Source of the DNA: Selaginella moellendorffii
Taxonomy: Eukaryota; Plantae; Lycopodiophyta
Length of the DNA: 64,000 nt
Reading direction: 5' to 3'
Assembly (NCBI RefSeq): GCF_000143415.4
Contig: NW_003314274.1
Location: forward strand, 2,710,623 to 2,774,622
In this document: one piece after another, positions 1 through 13,530 of the stretch
How the letters are laid out: each line of letters starts with the position of its first letter
Position numbering within the stretch: the first letter of the stretch is position 1
Position numbers and translations under genes: made by a program
The notes under the pieces: generated by a model
What the model was told of the DNA's origin: nothing
The model's input: only the letters and a program-made list of their open reading frames with translations
Databases searched by the model: none

Positions 1-3000
1 AACTATATGAGAATAACCTTGTAACTCCTTTATTATTTTGGAGTCTCTATCCTTCCCGTGGTTCCAATTATAGTTGTTTACCAAAACTACATTAGCCAGT
101 TTGCTAAATCAAATGCTCATTTAGATCATATCCTCAACCCTTTAAGGAAAACTTTATACTGTTCCCAAGATGCCAAAGTCATTCCATTATTGACCTTTTT
201 CTATCCACCACCTTGCCTACAAGTTCACACATGAACTGTAGTGGAGAGCCATGTCTTCCCGACTTGCTACTCCCCAAGGATAGGCACACTCCTAGGACCT
301 TCCAATGCCAACACTAGTGGTGATATACTTGAGCACTAATAAAAGTCAGACTAAGGAACAGCTCTGATACCAAATTGCAAAAGACTAATTTTTCCATTCT
401 ACTTTAGTCATTTAACCACACATCTGACCACTTGGAGGAGTCTTATTCACAACCTTCTTAAGTTAAATTCGGGACATGGGACTTGCTAGCCCCGAGAATG
501 GCATCCATGCCACTCATCCCTTGCACTTGGTCCAAGTGCTCCACGTGTCCGGTCCCAAGACCGACACCCCAAGGTACCACTGACATACTAGCCCATTACG
601 CTAAGGCCATGCCCCTTCACCTAGGTCACACCGGTGGTCCAACATGATCTACATCGCAGTCTCGTCTCTCAATGATTGGGCCATCCATTCAGGAATGACC
701 ATCCAAGATCCACTGCTTAGCATCCTTAAGATGCCCGCAGACATGGGGAACCACCTTCCCCAATATCCCCTTTACGGTCCCCACCAAGTCCCTTTTCTAT
801 CCATGGCTGTGTTCGCCAACACTGCCACTGGGACAAGGCCCACGAGGCCAACCACTAAGTCCTATTGTCCTTTGGGACTTCCTCACCATGTGACCATATC
901 CTTAGCCACTACACTATGAGACACAAAATCCCTAGGCCCCAAAGTGGAGCCGGAAGGGCGCCACGTGGTAGTGGCCGAAGTGAAACCCAAATAAGCGTAA
1001 CACGTTTGGACTAAAAAGCTCCAACTTGATAGGTCGAGAGTGGGAGTGGAACTCTCAACAAAGTGCTTGAGGAATGAGCATGAAGCGAGCAATAAGCGAG
1101 GCTCTAAAAAGGGACCCAAAAAGGACTAAAACATGACATGTGGAAGTGTCCGAGATGGACCCAAGATGGAGTCTGAGATGGAGTCCGAGGTGGACCCGAG
1201 GTGGAGTCCGAGATGGACCCGAGATGGAGTTCGAGATGGAGTCCAAGATGGAGTCCGAGATGGACTCAAGATGGAGTCCGAGATGGACCGAGATAGAGTC
1301 TGAGATGGACCCGAGATGAAGTCCAAGATGGAGTCCGAGATGGACCCGAGATGGAGTCCGAGATGGACCGAGACGGAGTCCAAGATGGACCCGAGATGGA
1401 GTCTGAGATGGAGTCCGAGAAGGACCCAAGATGGAGTCCGAGGTCAAGATCGAGACCGGCACTAAGACCGAGACCGAGACTGAGACCGAGACCGAGACCG
1501 GGACTGGGACCGAGACCGGGACCGAGACCGAGGCCAAGGCCGAGACTGAGCCCGAGTCCGAGTCCAAGTCCGAGTTCGAGTCTGAGAGGGTGAAAGCCCA
1601 AAGCGTTCGTCTCCCAGACCTGGGGGGTTTGGTGAGCTCCAAAAGTATAGTAAGTGGGAGGACTGCAGTGGAGCCAGTTTGGCCAGGAAAGGCCAGTTTG
1701 GCCCAGGAAGGCCAAACTCAGTGTTGGGTGATGAACTGACCACTGGGAAGTCCAAGACTAGAGTGAATACAGACCGACAAGCGGGGTAGCTTGGTGAAGT
1801 GTTCAAGAGTGAGCTCTAGTTCCCCCAGGAGATCGACTGGCCGATGCTCCCAGTCCAAGTGTGGGTGGCACTACCTACTTGGATATCTGGCATGGCTCAA
1901 CGGAGCCTCGCTCTAAGCCCATGGCTAGAGCACCCAAAAGCGGAAGGCAGGGAGAGTACCCACGAGGCTTGCGTAAGGCCACGGTGTTCCGAAATGTTGC
2001 CCCAAAGTCCCAGACTGTGAAAAGGAGGAGGAACCGTCCTCTAGTGTAGAGACCAAGGATACGGTCACATGGTGAGGAAGTCCTAGAGGCCAATGGGACT
2101 TAGTGGCTAGGCCTGCGGGCCTTGATCTTGGCAGTGTTGGTGAACATAGCCATGGACAGAAAAAAGACTTGGCAGGAACTGACAAAGGGATGTTGGGGAA
2201 GGTTATTCCCTATGTCTATGGGCATCCTAAGGATGCTAAGGACTGGATCTGGGATTACCACTCGTGGACAGACGGCCTAGTCTTGGAGAGACGGGATTGC
2301 AATGCAGGTGGTGTTAGACCACTGATGTGACCAAGGTGAATGAGTGTGGCCTAGCGTAACGGGCTCATATGTCGGTGGTACCTTGGGGTGTTGGTCATTG
2401 GATAGGACATGTGGAGCACTTGGACCAAGTGCAAAGATTGAGTGGCATGGATGCCATTCTTGAGGCTAGCAAGCCCCAAGTCCTGAATGGGACTTATGGA
2501 GGTTGTGAATGAGACTCCTCCAAGTGGTTGGAGGTGCGGTTAAGTGACTAAAGTAGAATGGAAAATTTAGTCGCTTACATACACTAGAGGACTTCTCCTC
2601 TTCCTTTTCATAGTTCGGGACTTAGAGACAGCATTTTGGAACACCGTGGCCTTATGCGAGCCTCATGGGTACTCTCCCCACCTTCTGCCTTTTGGTGCTC
2701 TAGCCGTGGGCTTAGAGCGAGGTTCTGTTGAGCCACACCAGGTATCCACATAGGTAATGCCACCCACACTTGGACTGGGAGCATCAGCCATTCGATCTCC
2801 CAGGGGAACTAGAGCTAGCTCTTGAACACTTCACCAAGCTACCCCGCTTGTTTGTCCATATTCACTCTAGCCTTGGACTTCCTAGTGGTTATCCATCACC
2901 CAATATCTGGGCACAGCCTCTTGGGACAAATTGGCCTTTCCTAGCCAAACTGGCTCCACTGGAGTCCTCCCCCTACTATACTTTTGGAGCTCACCAAACC

Positions 3001-3748
3001 CCCTAGGGTCTGGGAGATGAACGCTTTGGGCTTTCACCCTCTCAAACTCGAACTCGGACTTGGACTCAGACTCGGGCTTGGGCTCGGTCTCAGCCTCAGC
3101 CTCGGTCTCGGTCTCGGTCCCAGTCTCGGTCCTGGTTTCGGTCTCGATCTCGACTTCAAACTCCATCTTGGGTCCTTCTCGGACTCCATCTCTTATTCCA
3201 TCTTGTGTCCATCTCAGACTCCATCTCGGGTCCATCTCGGACTCCATCTCGGTCCATCTTGGAACCATCTCGGACTCCATCTCGAGTCCATCTCAAACTC
3301 CATCTCAGTCCATCTCAGACTCCATCTTGGGTCGATCTTGGACTCGATCTCGGGTCCATCTCGGACTCCATCTTGGGTCCATCTCAGATTCCATCTCGGA
3401 TTCCATCTCAGGTCCATCTCGGACTCCATTTCGGTCCATCGCAGACTCCATCTCGGACTCCATCTTGGACTCCATCTTGGACTCCATCTCGGACTCCATC
3501 TCGGGTCCATCTCGAACTCCATCTCAGTCCATCTCGGACTCCATCTCAGTTTCTTTTCTAGAGACTCTCTTATGGCTCGCTTCATGCTCATTCCTTGAGC
3601 ACTCCGTTGGGAGTTCCACTCCCGCTCTTGACCTTTCAAGTTGGAGCTTTTAGTTCAAACATGTTACACTTGTTTGGCTTTCGTTTCGGCCACTAACACG
3701 TGGCACCCTTTCAGCTCCACTTTGGGGCTTAGGGATTTGTGTCTCACA
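1..3748 (-). mobile_element. Family A non-autonomous LTR element, 5' part: 5' LTR 3748->376 (split by a solo LTR), PBS 372->361, internal region running off the window
   Basis: Reverse complement of LTR start TGTGAGACACAAAT ends at 3748. Decayed LTR end at 376 abuts GCTCTGATACCA (tRNA-iMet PBS, reverse). 1-360 matches the family A internal at about 57500-57870. It interrupts the integrase of the element to its right. Confidence 0.9.
915..2579 (+). mobile_element. Family A solo LTR inserted in opposite orientation into another family A LTR
   Basis: TATGAGACAC...CGCTTACA termini; 5-bp TSD TACAC at 910-914 and 2580-2584; no adjacent PBS or PPT. Confidence 0.92.
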
Positions 3749-6700
3749 GAAATGTGTTATTATAACAGATTTCTGTTGTATCTAAATGCTCAACCCAGTC
3801 GTTTTGGTCCACTGCAACATAGTACTGCAGATAATCCTCAACTTGAGCATTCATGCGTTCAATCTGCCCATCAATTTGAGGATGATAAGTTGTACTAAAC
3901 TTCAACTTAGTACCAAACAACTGGAACAGTGTGTCCCAAAACTTCCCCGTAAACCTCGAATCTCTATCTGAGATCATCTCTTCAGGAAGACCACAAACCC
4001 ACACTACTTCATGGAAAAAGAGCTTTGCTGCTTGTTTCGCATTTATTGTTCCCACAGTTGGAATGAAGTGTGCAATCTTCGACAACCGATCCACAACCAC
4101 CATCAAGGTATCATAACCCTTAGACTTCGACAAGCAAGTGACGAAATCAAGTGTCACACTTTGAAATAGCTATATTAGTGCTGGAATGCACTGCAACTCT
4201 CTAACCTGCTTCTCAGTTCTATGCTTACATTACTGGCATATAGGGCAGGAATGGATATAATCCACTACATCACCTTCCATACTAGATCAGAAAAATCCCT
4301 TTTTCAATGAAGCCAAAGTCTTCCGCTTTCCACCATATCTTGCTGCTAGAACATCATGATGTTCCTGTAGAAACAACTGCTACAGATCCTTAGAGGGAAG
4401 ATACAATCTTTGTTGCTTATAGAATATAAGCTCATCCCGAACTGAGAAGTGAAGTTTCACATTGGTTTGACTAGCAACTTTTGCCACTTTGCTACCAAGG
4501 TTTTGCTTCGACAACTCCACACGGTGCAAGATTGCCTTCGCCAATGGATCACTTCCATACGAAGCCCAAACATCCTCCAACCAATCTGAACTAACTGCTG
4601 ATATTGCCCGGAATTGAGCCTGAAGACTCAATGCATCTGGAACAATATTGTCTTTTCCAGGTATATATATATGATTTCAATATCATATCTAGCAAGCTTT
4701 TATTGCCAATGAGCTTGCTTTGGCGTAAGCTTAGGCTGCGTAGCAAAGTAGCTCAGTGTGTTACTATTTGTATAAACCTTGGTGTGTCCACCCAAGTAGT
4801 GTCTCTAATGTTCCAGGGCCAACACTATAGCAAACATTTCTTTCTCATGTGTTGGCCATCTTCATTGAGTTTTACCCAATTTCTTGGAATAGGATGCAAC
4901 AGGACAACCATTTCGCCTTAGCATAACACCAACTGCTTTGTCACAATCTTGTTGTAACATGCCACCAATAGCATAGCCAAATGCATCACAATGCACTTCG
5001 AAGGGTATATCAAGATCTGGGATCCTAAGAACAGGAACCGTAATCAAGATCTCCTTCAACTGTACAAAGCACACTGACAAGTTAGTGTCCAATGAAACGG
5101 TATACTACCTTTTTTCAACTCAGTCAATAGAAGAGCAATTCTTGCAAAATTGCAGACAAACTTACTGTAGTATCTCGCTAAACCAAGAAAAGAACGAACG
5201 TCTGATACAGTGGTCGGGACTTCCCAGAACTTCACCACTTCCACCTTCTTTGGATCTACCTTAATTACGCCACCACCAACTATATGTCTGAGAAAGTTTA
5301 TGTGCAATTGTCCAAAAGCGCATTTACTTTCCTTAGCATACAGTTTGTGTTTGCATAACTTCTGAAACACCAGCTCCAAGTGTTTCAAATGATCCTCCAA
5401 TGTTTCACTAAAGACTAGAACATCGTTGATATACAGGACAACAAATACATCCAAATAATCTCTGAATATTCTATCCATCATAGTGTTGAACGTTGCTAGA
5501 GCATTGTATAACCTGAACAACACGACAAGGAACTCATAAGATCCGTACCGATTCTTAAAGGCTGTCTTCTATACATTCTGATCCGCCACCCATATCTGAT
5601 GATACCCAGACTGCAAATCAAGTCACATAAAATACTTGGCCTTTAAGAGTTGGTCAAACAAGTCATTAATGTGAGGCAAAGGATAACTGTTTTTAACAGT
5701 GATTTTGTTGAGTGCCTGATAGTCAATACACATCCTCATGGTTCCATCCTTTTTCATAATAAAAAGGACTGGCACTCCATAAGATGACTTGCTTGGTCAG
5801 ATATGACCTTTGTCAAGAAGCTCTGTGAGTTGCTTCTTAAGTTCAGCCATCTCCTTGATGTTCAATCGATATGGAGCTTTTGTTGGGGGTTTAGAACCTA
5901 GAATCACCTCAATCCGATGATCAACCTTATGGCTAGGAGGTAGCCCTGGCAGTAAATCCTTTGGGAAGATATCCTGATTCCATGCCAACAACTCCAATAT
6001 CTTCTTTGGTACAAGATCACCTTCATCACCAATTCGAACAGAGTCACCCACACCCTCAGCTTCCATCAGTTGAACCCAAAAGGTCCGACATCCCCTCTTA
6101 GTTGCTTTTTGAGCGGCCCTCACAGTCAAGAACTTTGCATCCCAATCTTTTAAGGATCACTTTTGCAATTGGAAGGACACATTAGGACGTCTTTCAGACT
6201 TCAATGTGAGCACCATAAATCCCTTTTATGTATTTGTTGAAGAAATCCATACCAAACACCATCTGAAAATCTGGTATTCTCAACACTACCAAATCCACTC
6301 TTTCTTTCCACTTGGATATGTTTATTAGAACATCACTCATAAATTTTCTAGCTACTTGCCCACCTTCCGCAAATCGGAAGTGCATGGGCGACATTTGCTC
6401 AACATTCAATCCTAACAACTTAACTAAGTCTTTGGATATCACGCTGTGCATAGTTCCCATGTCAATCATCACTCGGATTCGGTGTCCACAGACAAAGCCA
6501 TCAACGGATCAGTGCTTGCATTGACTGTAAGAAAAGCTTAAGGAAAGTAACGAAAGTAACTCACCTCTTGTTCCTCATAGTCTGCATTGACCAACTCGTC
6601 AACCCCTTCAGCTTCACCACCACTGTCTTCCCTCATGACATTAACACGAAACCTTGTCTTATGCTTGTTGAGACATTCCAAGGACCTATATCCTGACTCT

Positions 6701-7556
6701 CCACAATAGAAGCAATGACCCACACTACCCGTTCCGCTAGGAGCAAGTTTTGCAGGTTGCTACTACTTGGACCCACTAGGAGGAGGAATAGAGGGCTTAG
6801 AACTAGAAGAAAAGAGGGCTTAGGACCAGAAAAAGCTACTGGTGGTCTCCAACCACCACCATCTTTGTTAACCATAGCTTGTGAGCCTCTAGGGCAGTAC
6901 CTGCCTTCCACCCTTTGTTTCCGGTCACCTTGCTTATTCCCAGAAATTTTATTCTTATCCGAGTTATCAACATACGGTTGCTAATATTGTTCCATGAGTG
7001 ATTGACTAAAGGCAACTTGTTGCGCTGCCTCCTTACACTCTAGGTACGTCTTTGGCTTAAACTTCAAAATCTCATTGTGAGAAAGTGAACTTAAACCCTC
7101 CAGAAAATAACTCCGAGCATCTTCAACACTCATATTTGGAATCATAATGCGCTTCTCAGCAAACTCATTAATGTAATGCATGAGGTCCCCTCGCTGCTTT
7201 AACCACTGCAGCTCTGTGCGAAGTCTTAGACCAAGATCATCAGGCAAGTATTCCTTATGGATATGAGACTGCATCTTGGTCCAACTTCTAGTCTACCCTT
7301 TTTCAGCACACACCTGGCGCCATTAGCACGGTTTCAACTTCATTAGCACGGTTCTGTTTCACCACCCCACTAACTGTATACATGCCTCTATCAGTAACTG
7401 AACATGCATACATCATTCTTACTGAATGGTGCAATCCAACTAATCCTACATATGTTGCTTTAGATCTACTAGAAAAGTCTCTGCGTATGCAACTTGAGTC
7501 AGAAAATCTGACAAAAGTTGGATAGAAATCACTAAGACAATTTCTCTGATACCAAA
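3749..7556 (-). pseudogene. Decayed Ty3/Gypsy gag-pol (gag with Zn knuckle, protease, RT, RNase H, integrase), related to the chromovirus at 13893-17679
   Basis: Fragments in Gypsy order: gag 6981-7274, CFYCGESG knuckle 6538-6723, protease IDMGTMHS 6194-6472, RT YINDVLVF 5056-5523, RNase H HCDAFGYAIG 4862-5092, integrase LDFVT..VVVDRLSK..ISDRDSRF 3744-4157. Many stops and frameshifts. PBS CTCTGATACCA at 7544-7554. Confidence 0.92.
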
Positions 7557-8453
7557 TTTAGCGCACCTGAATTTGGAGCCGAACTCCAAGCCTGTTGCAC
7601 TATGGAACGAGGGTCTGGTACAATCCCACGAGCACCAGCTCCCTGTATCCAGCACCTACACGCAAAATGGTGTCAGACAGAGTCTGGCACAATTTTGGCA
7701 TACTAGTGGCCTAACATGAGGAGGAGGGTACCCCCACCGATTAGAGCAGCGTGGAGTTTGGGCTTACACCCAAGCTAGACACAGAACAAAGAGCAACACA
7801 GCCTAGCGGGAGCCAAACTAATGTCTCAGGTGGTCGGACATGCATTCCAACCATTATCCCCCCCCCCCCCTTCTTGAGGAACACACAGTTTGGGCTTTCA
7901 CCCCAAGCCTCCCTTAGTACCAGGAGTTAGCCTCTGGGAGAAGCTCAAAACTTACTAAATATGGAATAGCACTAGATTGCAAATTTGGACACGAGATGAA
8001 CACCATTGTGTTCAGGTCAATCTCTACATTCCGTAGATATGCCAAATGAGTAAATCTAGACACTTTCCATAAATAGCATTTGGGACCGAAATGAGACCAA
8101 CACAAAAGGTATGATAGTGAGGGTGTTTGGCAGATATGGTAAACTATTATCTAGCGATATTGAGGGACTAGTCTCAATACGCGAGGGTTCTTTCCAAGCC
8201 AATGCAAGACAGAACAAAAGAGAACTAAAAAGCCGGGCCAACTATACTTGGCCAAATAGACATTTAGGAATTCTGTCCTTATGCTCATTTGGCCAAATAC
8301 AAATACTAAGTCCAGTTTACTAACACTTGGACAAGAGATGCTAATAAAGGGAACCAGCAGTACCGACCTCCTACCGTCATGGCAGTAAGGAAAGAGTGCT
8401 CGTAAGGACTGGACGACAAGTATCTTTTGATACCCAAGGTCACATTTGCGACA
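7557..8453 (-). mobile_element. 5' LTR (family D variant) of the decayed gypsy at 3749-7556
   Basis: Adjacent to the PBS. TGTCGCAAATGTGACC start (reverse) at 8453. Most of its length is homologous to the LTRs at 31956-33243 and 38959-40103. Confidence 0.8.
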
Positions 8454-11400
8454 CCTAAGCCACAGAGTATGGGATGAGTCTAAAATTAAAGTTTCGTATA
8501 TATTGCCAAGAAACTCAAGTTTAAATTGTTTCGCAAGTAATTTCTTGAGAAAAGTTTAAAAGAAGAAGGAATAGAGTTTGTTTGATGTGGGAAACACAAT
8601 TAACTATTCTAAAATTTTTTTTCCTTCTAAGCAAGTTTTTATTTGGGTTTTTAGAGGATATATATTTCAACAGTATGTCACAATTTTTCTAGGCATATAC
8701 AAGTAGAAAAATTATACACCTCTAACTCTTGTCTTCAACACCAACTTATAAAGAGCTAAAGCCAACCTTAGTGAAGAACAAATTAAGGAATTATTCATCT
8801 AAAACTTATGAAGCTTTGACAGATGTAAAATTATAATTAGAACATTGTGTTATCTCAAGGGTTTGATCCAAGGTTCTTTAGCTTGAACTACTATTCAAAC
8901 ATGGTTTGAAAGTAGATTTATCTTCAATTTAAGTCTTTTACACATATTCATAATAGAACATTGTGTTGTCTTAAGGCTTTAATCCAAAGTCCTTTATCTT
9001 GGACAACTACTTGGACATGGTTTGAGAGTAGACTTGTCCCAAGTTTAAGTTTCCTATGTATATTGTAAGAGCCTATGAGACTTGAACAAGACTCACAAGT
9101 CGAAAATTCAGAAATGTTTATTATGAACCGCTCAAATTGCTCAAACTACTCTACGCTTAGTACATCTAGGCAAATTAATCAAAGATCATCTTTTATACAT
9201 AGACTACTTGCAAACACACACCGCTCAGTGTGAAAGATGTTATTCTTTTATAGATTTTGAGAGCATTCACATCACATCTAGCCCCATAAGGAGGAATCAA
9301 AGGCAATCACATGAAACATGCTTCATATCCTCTAAAGTGAAATATAGACAAAGAGCAAATATACAAGTGAATAGACGTGGAAATTTGCCCTTCAGACCAA
9401 TTGAGTGACGCTCAATTACTAGGAGAAATACTCACCACTCTAGACATGAAACACCCTTTGCATGTGTGAACCACCCTTTAAAAGACATGATCCATAAATG
9501 TACGTACCTCCTTATAAGAGAGAATTATCACCTAGTGAATATTTTCCATATATATAAAATTATACAACTACTCTAGAAAAAGTTATAGCTCAATTTTTAA
9601 CTAATGTATAGATCAGCCTATATGTTAATTGAGTTTTTGCCAAATGAAGCAATTAAGAGGTTTCATACCATAAATGTGGAACAAAGAGCTACAGAGCTTG
9701 TTACTAGGTGTAGGCATCAATTTTAGAGACACTACTCCCATCACTTTGATGTCAAAAGAACTAAAACAAGCTTAGGGATATTAAAAAGGTTTTGTCTAAA
9801 AAGGTGTCTATATAGCCTCAAACACTCTTAAAAATTCTAAAATACATTGCAAAGCTCATAAATTTGTCATACAAGCTTAAGTAGAGACTTGTATTAACCA
9901 ATATCACCCATTACTGAAGAGGCTAAAGAAAAATTTACTTTGCAAAACAATTTTTATCTAGATTTGAAGCAAAGTATTCAACGAATTAGCTATCATATAT
10001 TTGAAAAACTACTTAATGTCATTCCACAAACAAATTAATCTAGAATAGATTATTATACACTCAAAATTTTGACTTTTGTGTTGATTCCAAAGGACAATTT
10101 CACAGAATGGTCTCCATGCCCTATTCAAATTAGTCCCTAGCGTTGATCCATTTAAAAAAGGTTTACTTAAAATTTGCAAAGAGCAATAAGCCATTTTTCT
10201 AATTCTATAGTTATAAGGGCAAGGTTGACTATAAATCAAAGTGTAAGACCCATTGTACAGCAAGCAAGCTACTCTGGAATTGATTATCACATGCCAAAGA
10301 CCTTGCACTAAATTAATCTTAACAACACTAGGTATGAGTAAAAAGGGAAGGTCCTCTTGTGCACTTAGATGCAAAGATTAAGGATTGATGACCCTCCACA
10401 ATCCTTATAGAAGCTGAATGGGGGAATTGGGGTAGTCAAAATAAGAATATTTATTAGCGATCCACCATACTTATCAAAAAATATGTTTTCCTCATAGATT
10501 CAGATGGAAGTTGGTTGATTCCCACTCTATATGACTAGGCAAAAGTATAAAACAGAAAAAACCAAACCATCTTGTATGCTTAACTAGGCCAACGAATGAT
10601 AGATTTAATGAAATTTCTTAAATAGGTTGACAAATTATAAAGAAACATACTTAATAATATTCTACTCAAGGTATACAGAAATTTGACTCTTGATACCTTT
10701 AGTATTATTAAAGAAGGTGTGATAATATACTTAGATTACTTTGTAGACACACAGTGCAAACAAGATTTATATATGTGGAGTTACCTATACAAAAAGAAAA
10801 TAGTACCAAGATTCTTTCTAAACAGAGAGATAATTTGCCTATCTAAGCTAAATGCAAATCCTGAGTATTATAACTTGCAAAGGATTTATAAAATTTTGCC
10901 TACTAAATAATTGTTAAAATTTAATACAATCTTAGGTAAAGAAGCTATTATGGGAATTTTAACAGTTCATAATAAAGCTTAGATACCCATAGGTAAAAAT
11001 ACACTTGCTGATAATTGAGCTCATAGACGTTGGATCATTCCCGAATCTGGCAACAAAATTTTGTAAAGTAAAAATCTCTTAAGGTGCACCACACTTGAGC
11101 AAGAAAGATACTCTCTAAAAAAATAATATTTGATTTCTAGGACTTTTTTATAAAAAATATTTTGTACATTTGACATCAAGAGAAAAGCCATCCCCATTTT
11201 AAAATTGATTAGGATGCTAAATGTTTATTCCTAAGAGTGACTAATAGGCCAATATATAAAGGGATATATTGCATACCAAAACCTTATACCACACTCATTC
11301 CATGAATAAGGCATAATAATTAGGCTTGCAATAGTAGCAAAGCCAATAGAGCTCAAAATATATATGCATAAACCAATAATTAATCTTATCTAAAATGTTT

Positions 11401-11981
11401 AAGAGAGCATTGTCCTTATGTATAAAATTGTCATTGTTTATACCAAACAAGGTAATATATATAGAACATTTCCCTCATAATCTGATGAGGGGAAGGAAGT
11501 TTGAAAAAAAAAAATTCACAATATTTAGAATGAGATTACAAAGCACTTACTCATGATATTCATGATTTTAACCTCGCTTCAGAACAAATTAAATCATTGT
11601 TCAATCAAGCTAAAGAAAAGTTTGAAAGAGAGAGAACTGAAAAACATATTAGGTACACATTAATGAAGAGATTAAAAATCCCAATATGACTTTGATGGTT
11701 ATCTAAAATACGTAAATCCATACGCTACTCCTCCTTGGCAGCATTAATACATAGAAAATGCCTCTGCTTTATTTTAATGTAGTGGAACACAAAACAACTA
11801 GATTGATTCCCCACAAAAGGAAAAAGTGCTAAATTTATAGCTCTTACTCTTTGATGGTGATTTAGGTTCCCCTACAAACGAAACACCTATTTTGCATATA
11901 CTAATTGCAAAATAGAGTATTTCTTATCAAATTATAATGAGCACAATGGCAATTGCAGAAATGGCATGGGATCTTGTAAAA
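8454..11981 (-). mobile_element. AT-rich 3' region of an ancient non-chromovirus Ty3/Gypsy element (continues at 17933)
   Basis: Joined to 17933+ by the TAAAA TSD of the insertion between them, and lies downstream of the integrase remnant at 17990-19500. No recognisable domain; ~115-bp tandem duplication at about 8839-9055. Extent uncertain. Confidence 0.45.
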
Positions 11982-12175
11982 TGTAAGCTCCTGAATTTGG
12001 ACTTCCCGGGAGGTCACCCAGCCCAGTACTATTCAAACCCAAGGACGCTTAACCCCAAGTATCCCAAGACCCTTAACCGATTGGAAAAGGGGGTGCACTC
12101 TTTTTTATGGGCCCTTTCCCTCTATATTTGAACCCCATGGATCGTCTCTCAAGTCGTTCCCTTTGGTTGCTTACA
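11982..12175 (-). mobile_element. 3' LTR, Cassandra-type (LTR B)
   Basis: TGTAAGC...GCTTACA inverted termini; contains the 5S-derived domain; preceded on the minus strand by PPT GGGAAGCGTGGTGGAT. Confidence 0.92.
11999..12053 (-). promoter_or_regulatory. 5S rRNA-derived domain (Pol III type-1 internal control region: A box, IE, C box) in the 3' LTR
   Basis: Minus strand GTTAAGCGTCCTTGGGTTTGAATAGTACTGGGCTGGGTGACCTCCCGGGAAGTCC aligns without gaps to the 3' half of plant 5S rRNA (GTTAAGCGTGCTTGGGCGAGAGTAGTACTAGGATGGGTGACCTCCTGGGAAGTCC, recalled consensus), 47/55 identical. The 5' half of 5S is absent. Confidence 0.93.
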
Positions 12176-12381
12176 ATCCACCACGCTTCCCTGCAAGTTC
12201 ACGCCCTCGTGAACGGAAGCTGAGAGCCGCAGCTCTCCCGAGAGCTCCGCTCTCTTGACACCCTACCCCTCGGGTCGAGCCCAGCGGGAACAAACTGGAC
12301 CAGCCAGATGTCAATCAACATGTGGTGTGATTCCCCTAGCCAACTAACAGAGTCGGACCCAAGACCGCTCCGATACCAAAT
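12176..12381 (-). mobile_element. Cassandra/TRIM non-coding internal domain (206 bp) with PBS and PPT
   Basis: TGGTATCGGAGC PBS (12378->12367); hairpins GAGAGC-gga-GCTCTC, GAGAGC-tgcg-GCTCTC and GTTCACG-aggg-CGTGAAC; purine-rich tract abutting LTR B. Confidence 0.85.
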
Positions 12382-13530
12382 TGTAAGCCACAAATTTTTC
12401 CTTTCCAATTTGCCAGCTTACCTCGTCTATCCGTCCAACACTGCCTTGGCTTTTGCTAAGTTCCCTTGCCAAGTTTTTCGCCTATGGTACCAGCTCCTAC
12501 TTGGTTTCAGCTACTCACTGCACGAGCAACGGAGTGTTAGCCATCCTTCCACGGATTCCCAAATCACTCTCAATCCCCCTCCCCGGGTTAGACTGGACTT
12601 AAGGTTCGGCTACACTCCCCGCAAGCACAAGCAGCCAAGCACACCAAGCTTCCAGGTTCCTAACATCCCTTGGTACCACAAGACTTGATCATGGGACCCT
12701 CTAAATCCCAAGTCTTGAGTGCAACACTTGCTTCGGGACGCCGGGGCGAAACACCGTGGCCTAGCGGCCCGGTATGGGTACCTCTTGCCCCCCACTTCCA
12801 TCCCGAAGGAAGGCCCAAGCCCCTAGGAAGGGTGAGGACCAATGAGCCGCATGGTACTCAAGTGGGGCACCACTCCACATGAGCCGGGAGCACCGCAATC
12901 GGTTTCCCTTTCGGGAGTGGGAGCTGCTCTTGAGCACTTCCTTGGATGGCCCCTCCGGCACCAGCCAAGTCCATGCTCACTCCCACCCAAGGCCCCTCGG
13001 TCCCAGTCCCAACCTCAAGTCGGTTTAGAAGCCCAACTGGAGAGTCCCTTCAAAAGTGGTTCCTAGACCTCACTATCCCTACTATACTTTTGGAACCCCC
13101 TGCAGCCCCCCCCCCCCCGGGAGACGCACGCTTTGGGCTTTCACCCCTTGACCCGTATTAGTATTTGGACTTAGTCTCTGGCTCGATCTCGGACCCGATT
13201 TCGGATCCGACTTTGGATTCGGGTTCGGACTCGATCACGGACTCGATCTCGGACCCGATCTCGGACCTGACCTCGGACTCGACCTCGGACTCGGTCTCAG
13301 ACCCGATTTCGGATCTCGGACTTCGTCTCGAACTCGGTCTCGAACTCGGACTTGAACTCGGTCCCTGAGTCGGTCTCGGACTCGATTCCGGACTCTATCT
13401 TGAACTCGGTCCTAGAGTCGGTCTTGGACTCGATCCTCGACTTGGTCCCATCCGATAAACTCCTTGTCATTTCGGTCAAGCTTTTGGGGATCCTTTAGCC
13501 TACGACATCTCGGGGAGTCGGTTCCTTACA
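12382..13530 (-). mobile_element. Internal LTR C (1149 bp), native LTR of the chromovirus
   Basis: TGTAAGGAAC...GGCTTACA termini. Preceded by a PPT and followed by a PBS rather than by a TSD. An independent solo copy lies at 37750-38843. Confidence 0.9.

Noticed and set aside
11999-12053. Functional 5S rRNA gene
   Set aside because: Only the 3' ~55 nt are present, embedded in an LTR, with no 5' half or oligo-T terminator.
12382-13530. LTR C as a solo LTR nested in a coding Cassandra
   Set aside because: Flanked by a PPT and a PBS rather than a 5-bp TSD, so it is a functional internal LTR junction.
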